From positions 187,445 to 251,444 of the forward strand of contig CAVQVW010000002.1 in assembly GCA_963717285.1 (NCBI GenBank): DNA of 64,000 bases, in the 5' to 3' direction. Positions 60,269 to 64,000 of the stretch are shown here, in pieces. Both the position numbers and the translations under genes were made by a program. The stretch is from an uncultured Thermoleophilia bacterium. Its GTDB lineage: Bacteria; Actinomycetota; Thermoleophilia; UBA2241. A model generated the notes under the pieces. That model had not been told where the DNA came from. It saw only the letters and a list, made by a program, of their open reading frames with translations, and made no database searches. Position 1 is the first letter of the stretch. The number at the start of each line of letters is the position of its first letter.

Positions 60269-61012
60269 TCACTCGTGCCCCGCGAAGAGCTCGGCGATGA
60301 GTTGGTTCAGATCCTCTTCGGGCATGGTGTCGACCAGCGGCGCAAGGGCCTTCATCCGCGCCTCCTTGCCCTTCGGCAAAATGCGATCGAGGCCGTCGAC
60401 GGCCTTCTGGCGGGAGTACTTGTCGCCGTCGGCGTAGACCTGGCCCCACATGAGGACGGCCTTCTGCATCTCTCCGCCCTTGCCGTGTAGCACGGCGGCG
60501 AGCCGCTTGACGTAGTCGGGGCTCCCTGGGATCGCCGCTGCCCTCGAGTACCAGTCAGCTGCGACGAGGTTCTTGTCATCGTTGCTCGCGTACGCATAGG
60601 TGAAGTACCCCAGAGTGGAGGGGAATCGCCAGTCCTCAGGGTTCTCGGCGTAGCCACGCTCCAGCATCTCGTAGCTGGTTTCGGGCTCTCCGGCATCGAC
60701 CAGGGCGAAAGCTCCGAAACGGTACGCCCGTGTGAAGTGCGGACTCAGCCGGGTGATGAGATCGACCATCTGCGGGAGGGAGTCAAGGCGCCCGTCCCCG
60801 TTCACGTGCTCGCCGTAGTACTGGACCATGTTCAGGTAGTAGACGTCGGCGATCGACGTGCGGAAGCTCGGCGACAGATCGAGAAAGACCTGTGGTGCCG
60901 GCACGAACACGCGCGGCTCCGCCGGAGCCCTTGCAGGCCGCGTCGCCTGGTAGGCCAGCACTCCCGCGGCACACGCCACGACTACGATGATGGCGACCAC
61001 TCGCCGGAACAC
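60269..61012 (-). CDS. N-terminally anchored helical-repeat (TPR-like) protein, unknown function
   Basis: Anchor VVAIIVVVACAAGVLAY, then Tyr/Ala-rich helical repeats (VYYLNMVQYYGEH, AYRFGAFALV, YFTYAYASN, ADWYSRAAA). No known motif recognised. Confidence 0.5.
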   Translation of the reverse strand: MFRRVVAIIVVVACAAGVLAYQATRPARAPAEPRVFVPAPQVFLDLSPSFRTSIADVYYLNMVQYYGEHVNGDGRLDSLPQMVDLITRLSPHFTRAYRFGAFALVDAGEPETSYEMLERGYAENPEDWRFPSTLGYFTYAYASNDDKNLVAADWYSRAAAIPGSPDYVKRLAAVLHGKGGEMQKAVLMWGQVYADGDKYSRQKAVDGLDRILPKGKEARMKALAPLVDTMPEEDLNQLIAELFAGHE

Positions 61013-61014
61013 GC

Positions 61015-61779
61015 TCAGAACTCCTTGCGACGAAAGACGACGGTGGCCAGCGCCAGGGCGACGACGATGTAGGCGAGCAGGTACGCTACCCAGAGCCCGA
61101 TCTGCCCCCAGACGAGCGTCTGCTCCCCGACGGCGCCGGCCTTCACGTCGACCGCCGAGAAGTTCGGGATGATCACGTAGATCACCCAGGAGAGCGCTTC
61201 GGTGACGGGATTGTCGCCGAGGCGCGTCAGAGAAAGGACGTTGTGGCTGAGCTGCCCGGCGACGAACACGCAGATGCCGAGCACGGCCGCCAGGATCGCC
61301 GAGCCCAGGGTCGAGAAGAAGACCGTGACTGCGACGACGGCGAGAAGTTGCACGTAGATCATGAGCACGGCGAGAAGCACCATGCCCGAGGCCTGCCCGG
61401 CGACGAGCCAGACGAGCGCGAAGAGGAACAGGCCCATTCCGGTGAGCACCACGGCCAGGGTGCCGCAGAGGCCGACGAACTTGCCGGTGATGAACGCCGC
61501 ACGGCTCACCGGCTTGGAGAAGAGCACGAACACAGTGCGCTTCTCGACCTCCTTGTGGACCAGGCTAGCGGCCACGAACACCGCCACGATGAGCCCGAAG
61601 CCCGTGACTGCGACGAGACCGAAGTCGATGATCATGCGTCCCTGCTCGCCCAGGCTGATGCTGCCCAGCCAGAGGCCGCCGGCGATCATCAGCAGGGCGA
61701 ACACGACGATGACCGCGAGAACTCTGTCGCGAATCGTCTCGCGGAAGGTGTTCATCGCGATGGCCGCGACCTGCTTCAC
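61015..61779 (-). CDS. ABC-2-type transporter permease
   Basis: 254 aa, six hydrophobic helices. Starts with a 4-nt overlap on the ATPase gene stop. Confidence 0.75.
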   Translation of the reverse strand: MKQVAAIAMNTFRETIRDRVLAVIVVFALLMIAGGLWLGSISLGEQGRMIIDFGLVAVTGFGLIVAVFVAASLVHKEVEKRTVFVLFSKPVSRAAFITGKFVGLCGTLAVVLTGMGLFLFALVWLVAGQASGMVLLAVLMIYVQLLAVVAVTVFFSTLGSAILAAVLGICVFVAGQLSHNVLSLTRLGDNPVTEALSWVIYVIIPNFSAVDVKAGAVGEQTLVWGQIGLWVAYLLAYIVVALALATVVFRRKEF

Positions 61780-62540
61780 GCTGTCACCACCTTCATGAAG
61801 AAGTCCTCGAGCGAGGGCGCCTCGTCAAGGGCCTCGGCGACGGCTCCGGTCCACACCACGCGTCCGGCGCGCATGATGGCTATGCGCGAGCAGAGCTCGT
61901 GCACATCGCCAAGGATGTGCGAGTTGAAGAGTACGGTCTTGCCGCGCTCGTGCAGATCCTGGATGATGCGCTTCACTTCGACCCGGCCCACCGGGTCGAG
62001 TCCCGTCATGGGCTCGTCGAGGAGCACCAGCTCCGGGTCGTTGATGAGCGCCTGCGCGATGCCGATGCGCTGCAGCATGCCCTTGGAGTACTTGCGCAGG
62101 TGGGTGTCGGCCGCCCCCTCGAGGCTGACGTCGCGCAGCAGATCGTCGACGCGTTCGTGGCGCACGTCCGGGTCGAGCGCGAAGAGGCGGGCGCAGAACG
62201 CCAGGAACTCGCGCCCGGAGAGGTAGTCGTAGAAGTAGGCGTTCTCAGGGAGGTAGCCGACGCGCGCGAGCCCATCGACGCCGAGACGGGCACTACCGGC
62301 AGTCGGCTTCATCAGCCCCAAGGCGACCTTCACGGTCGTCGTCTTGCCCGCTCCGTTGGGTCCCAGGAGGCCGAACACCTCATTGTTGTTCACGGCGAGA
62401 TCGACGCCCTTGAGGATGTCGACCTTCCGTCGCCGGAAACCGACGGCGACCGTCTTGTGCAGGTCCGCAATCAGAACGGCCGGACGGCCATGCTCGTTGG
62501 CCGACAGCCTGACGCGGGTACGCTGATCTTCCTGTGCCAT
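61776..62540 (-). CDS. ABC transporter ATP-binding protein
   Basis: Walker A GLLGPNGAGKTTT, signature YSKGMLQRIGIAQAL, Walker B LVLLDEP. ATG at 62540 preceded by GGAGGA. Confidence 0.85.
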   Translation of the reverse strand: MAQEDQRTRVRLSANEHGRPAVLIADLHKTVAVGFRRRKVDILKGVDLAVNNNEVFGLLGPNGAGKTTTVKVALGLMKPTAGSARLGVDGLARVGYLPENAYFYDYLSGREFLAFCARLFALDPDVRHERVDDLLRDVSLEGAADTHLRKYSKGMLQRIGIAQALINDPELVLLDEPMTGLDPVGRVEVKRIIQDLHERGKTVLFNSHILGDVHELCSRIAIMRAGRVVWTGAVAEALDEAPSLEDFFMKVVTA

Positions 62541-62689
62541 TCCTCCGCATCCGCCTTTCGCAGTGTGGTTCAAGTCCGAGGACCGTTCGTCGCTCGCAAT
62601 GGCCACGGTGCGATCGGACGGCGACACAAGTGTGTGTTCGCCGCCCACTGCTCCCACTCCTGTGCGCGGCGACCGCGCTGCTCAACGAA

Positions 62690-62719
62690 GTGGGACGGGG
62701 CCTCGCGGCCCCGTCCCAC
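62690..62719 (-). terminator. Rho-independent-type terminator after pilA
   Basis: GTGGGACGGGGCC-tcgc-GGCCCCGTCCCAC, a perfect 13-bp stem 28 nt after the pilA stop, followed on the minus strand by TTCGTT. Confidence 0.65.
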
Positions 62720-62747
62720 TGCACACGGCTTCTCTTCTAGGAGTTGC

Positions 62748-63131
62748 CTAGCGCACCACGAAGTTGCCGCCACTCAAGACTCCCAGGAGCGTGTAGTCTG
62801 CTCCGGCGACGGACACGTAGGTGAAGTTGCCCAAGGCCCCATCGTTGGCCATGGGGGCACCGGTGAACGAGTTGTCCGGCCACGGGTCGAGCTGAGGCGT
62901 GACGTTGGCGACGACGTTGGCGGTCAGCGGATAGACGTCGTTGTTGTCGACGGCGTAGCTCTGCACGCCGATCTGGATGCTGTGCGTGCCTTCCTTGACG
63001 CCTGCGTCCTTGGCCTTGGTGCGCTGGTTGAGGAACATCGGGATCGCGATCGCGGCGAGGATGCCGATGATGATGATCACGATCAGGAGCTCGATGAGGG
63101 TAAAGCCCCCCTGCTTCTTGGAACGCTTCAT
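62748..63131 (-). CDS. pilA: Major type IV pilin
   Basis: MKRSKKQGG/FTLIELLIVIIIIGILAAIAIPMF: canonical class III signal with Glu at +5. Mature protein is about 118 aa with no Cys. RBS GAGAGGAGA. Confidence 0.9.
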   Translation of the reverse strand: MKRSKKQGGFTLIELLIVIIIIGILAAIAIPMFLNQRTKAKDAGVKEGTHSIQIGVQSYAVDNNDVYPLTANVVANVTPQLDPWPDNSFTGAPMANDGALGNFTYVSVAGADYTLLGVLSGGNFVVR

Positions 63132-63504
63132 GTTCTGCCATCTCCTCTCTATTGGTGCGTTGCCCCACTTGTATACGACTGCGTAGTACGACTTGCCGGT
63201 CTTGCTTCCTGCGCGGACCCCACAGAAGAAGCCTGCGAAGCTCTGGCTTGGCGCGGCCGGGCTTCACAGGCTTTGTTGAACGCTCCTGTAGCGGCAGCTC
63301 AGCCGACTCTGTGAGTCCTGTAGCTTTGCGCCCCACCCTCGCAGGTGGTTTGCCCTTATCGCTTTCGTCCCTAGTATGCCTCCTTGTGCGTTTCCTAGAC
63401 ACTCTTTCGGCAATCGCGTGTTGACACTTTAGGCGACTGTCTGGCGCACACCTACTCTGCCCTGATCAGGCACTCCCAGACTGGAACGAACGTCTACTAG
63501 CTCG

Positions 63505-64000
63505 TCAGGCCACCCGCTGCCCGAGCGCCTGGCGGAGTCGCGCGAGGAGTTTGATCTGCTCGCGCGAGACCTTCTTCTGACTCAAGCCGAGCAGGTCTGC
63601 GACCTCGGACTGCGTGAGTTGCTTGAAGAAGAGCAGGTAGACGAGGCGACGCTGGAACCCGGTGAGAGTGTCAAGAGCGTCGTAGAGGACGATCCGATCC
63701 TCGATGGGCAGCGCGAATGACTCCTGCCGCAGGGACCGCACGGCCTGCCGATCCGCCTCGATGCCCATGTCGTCGCCACTGAACGGCTCGTTCTGGCTGT
63801 GCAGATCGATGCGCGCGTAGAGGCGCATGACCTCGAGGATGCCGTCCTCGTCGATGTTCAGAGCCGCCGCGATCTCGCGCAACGCAGGAGCCCGGCCGAG
63901 TTTGTGCATGAGCTCGTTCGACTTGACCTGGATATCCGCCGTAGACCTTCTTGACCCAGCGAGGTTGTCGCAGGAGCAGCGAGTCGCGCAGGTGGTGTCG
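63505..64000 (-). pseudogene. SigB/SigF-like (group 3) sigma-70 factor, 5'-truncated by the window, with an apparent 1-nt frameshift near 63937-63941
   Basis: Downstream frame: ADIQVKSNELMHKLGRAPALREIAAAL...LTQSEVADLLGLSQKKVSREQIKLLARL (regions 3 and 4). Upstream of about 63940, the sigma-like sequence RHHLRDSLLLRQPRWVKKVY (region 2.4/3.0, compare the LRD....VPRRIKE pattern) is in a different frame. Confidence 0.5.

Noticed and set aside
63330-63350. Sigma-54-type promoter (GG-N10-GC) upstream of pilA: aGGGCAAaccacCTGCg.
   Set aside because: It matches only the minimal GG/GC spacing, with a poor fit to TGGCAC-N5-TTGC. No rpoN or enhancer-binding protein is visible, and the lineage looks actinobacterial, where sigma-54 is generally absent.
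62737-63402. 221-aa minus-strand ORF overlapping pilA in another frame and extending into the pilA upstream region.
   Set aside because: It is highly basic, Arg/His-rich and low-complexity, and it overlaps a gene with a textbook pilin signature. It is most likely an alternate-frame artefact.

Overview
The window is a GC-rich bacterial chromosomal segment, roughly two-thirds G+C by eye. Every credible gene lies on the minus strand: about 68 CDS, tightly packed, many with 4-nt ATGA/GTGA start-stop overlaps. I recognised no rRNA, tRNA, CRISPR array, IS element or prophage. All calls rest on reading motifs in the supplied translations, plus my own translation at the window edges and at gene junctions; nothing was searched against a database.

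Positions 1-53 kb hold housekeeping blocks in a gene order typical of monoderm, Actinobacteria-like or Firmicutes-like lineages:
- ispG-rseP-dxr-cdsA-uppS-frr-pyrH-tsf-rpsB-whiG
- xerC-dprA-comM-yraN-rnhB-lepB-rplS-trmD-rimM-KH-rpsP-ffh-ftsY-smc-rnc-acpP-plsX
- rpmF-yceD-coaD-rsmD
- a nucleoside salvage block, pdp-punA-deoB
- xerD, pyrG, recN-nadK-tlyA-dxs-ispA-nusB
- efp-pepP-aroQ-aroB-aroK-aroC

Positions 53-64 kb hold the non-routine part, a type IV pilus locus with no secretin gene. On the coding strand it reads: a SigB/F-like sigma factor with an apparent frameshift, pilA, an ABC ATPase, an ABC-2 permease, an anchored helical protein, pilD, four minor pilins, pilM-pilN-pilO, and a tandem PilP-like protein that sits where PilP/PilQ normally are, directly upstream of aroC-aroK-aroB.

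Smaller oddities:
- rnhB has no canonical start codon upstream of its catalytic motif.
- A G9 homopolymer lies between the minor-pilin genes and pilM.
- A large GT-C-like membrane protein and a sugar epimerase are inserted into the isoprenoid/lipid-carrier cluster.
- A carboxyltransferase-BCCP fusion occupies the usual accBC slot.
- The pyrG leader is long and structured.

Start codons of several genes are refinements of the ORF track and remain uncertain.
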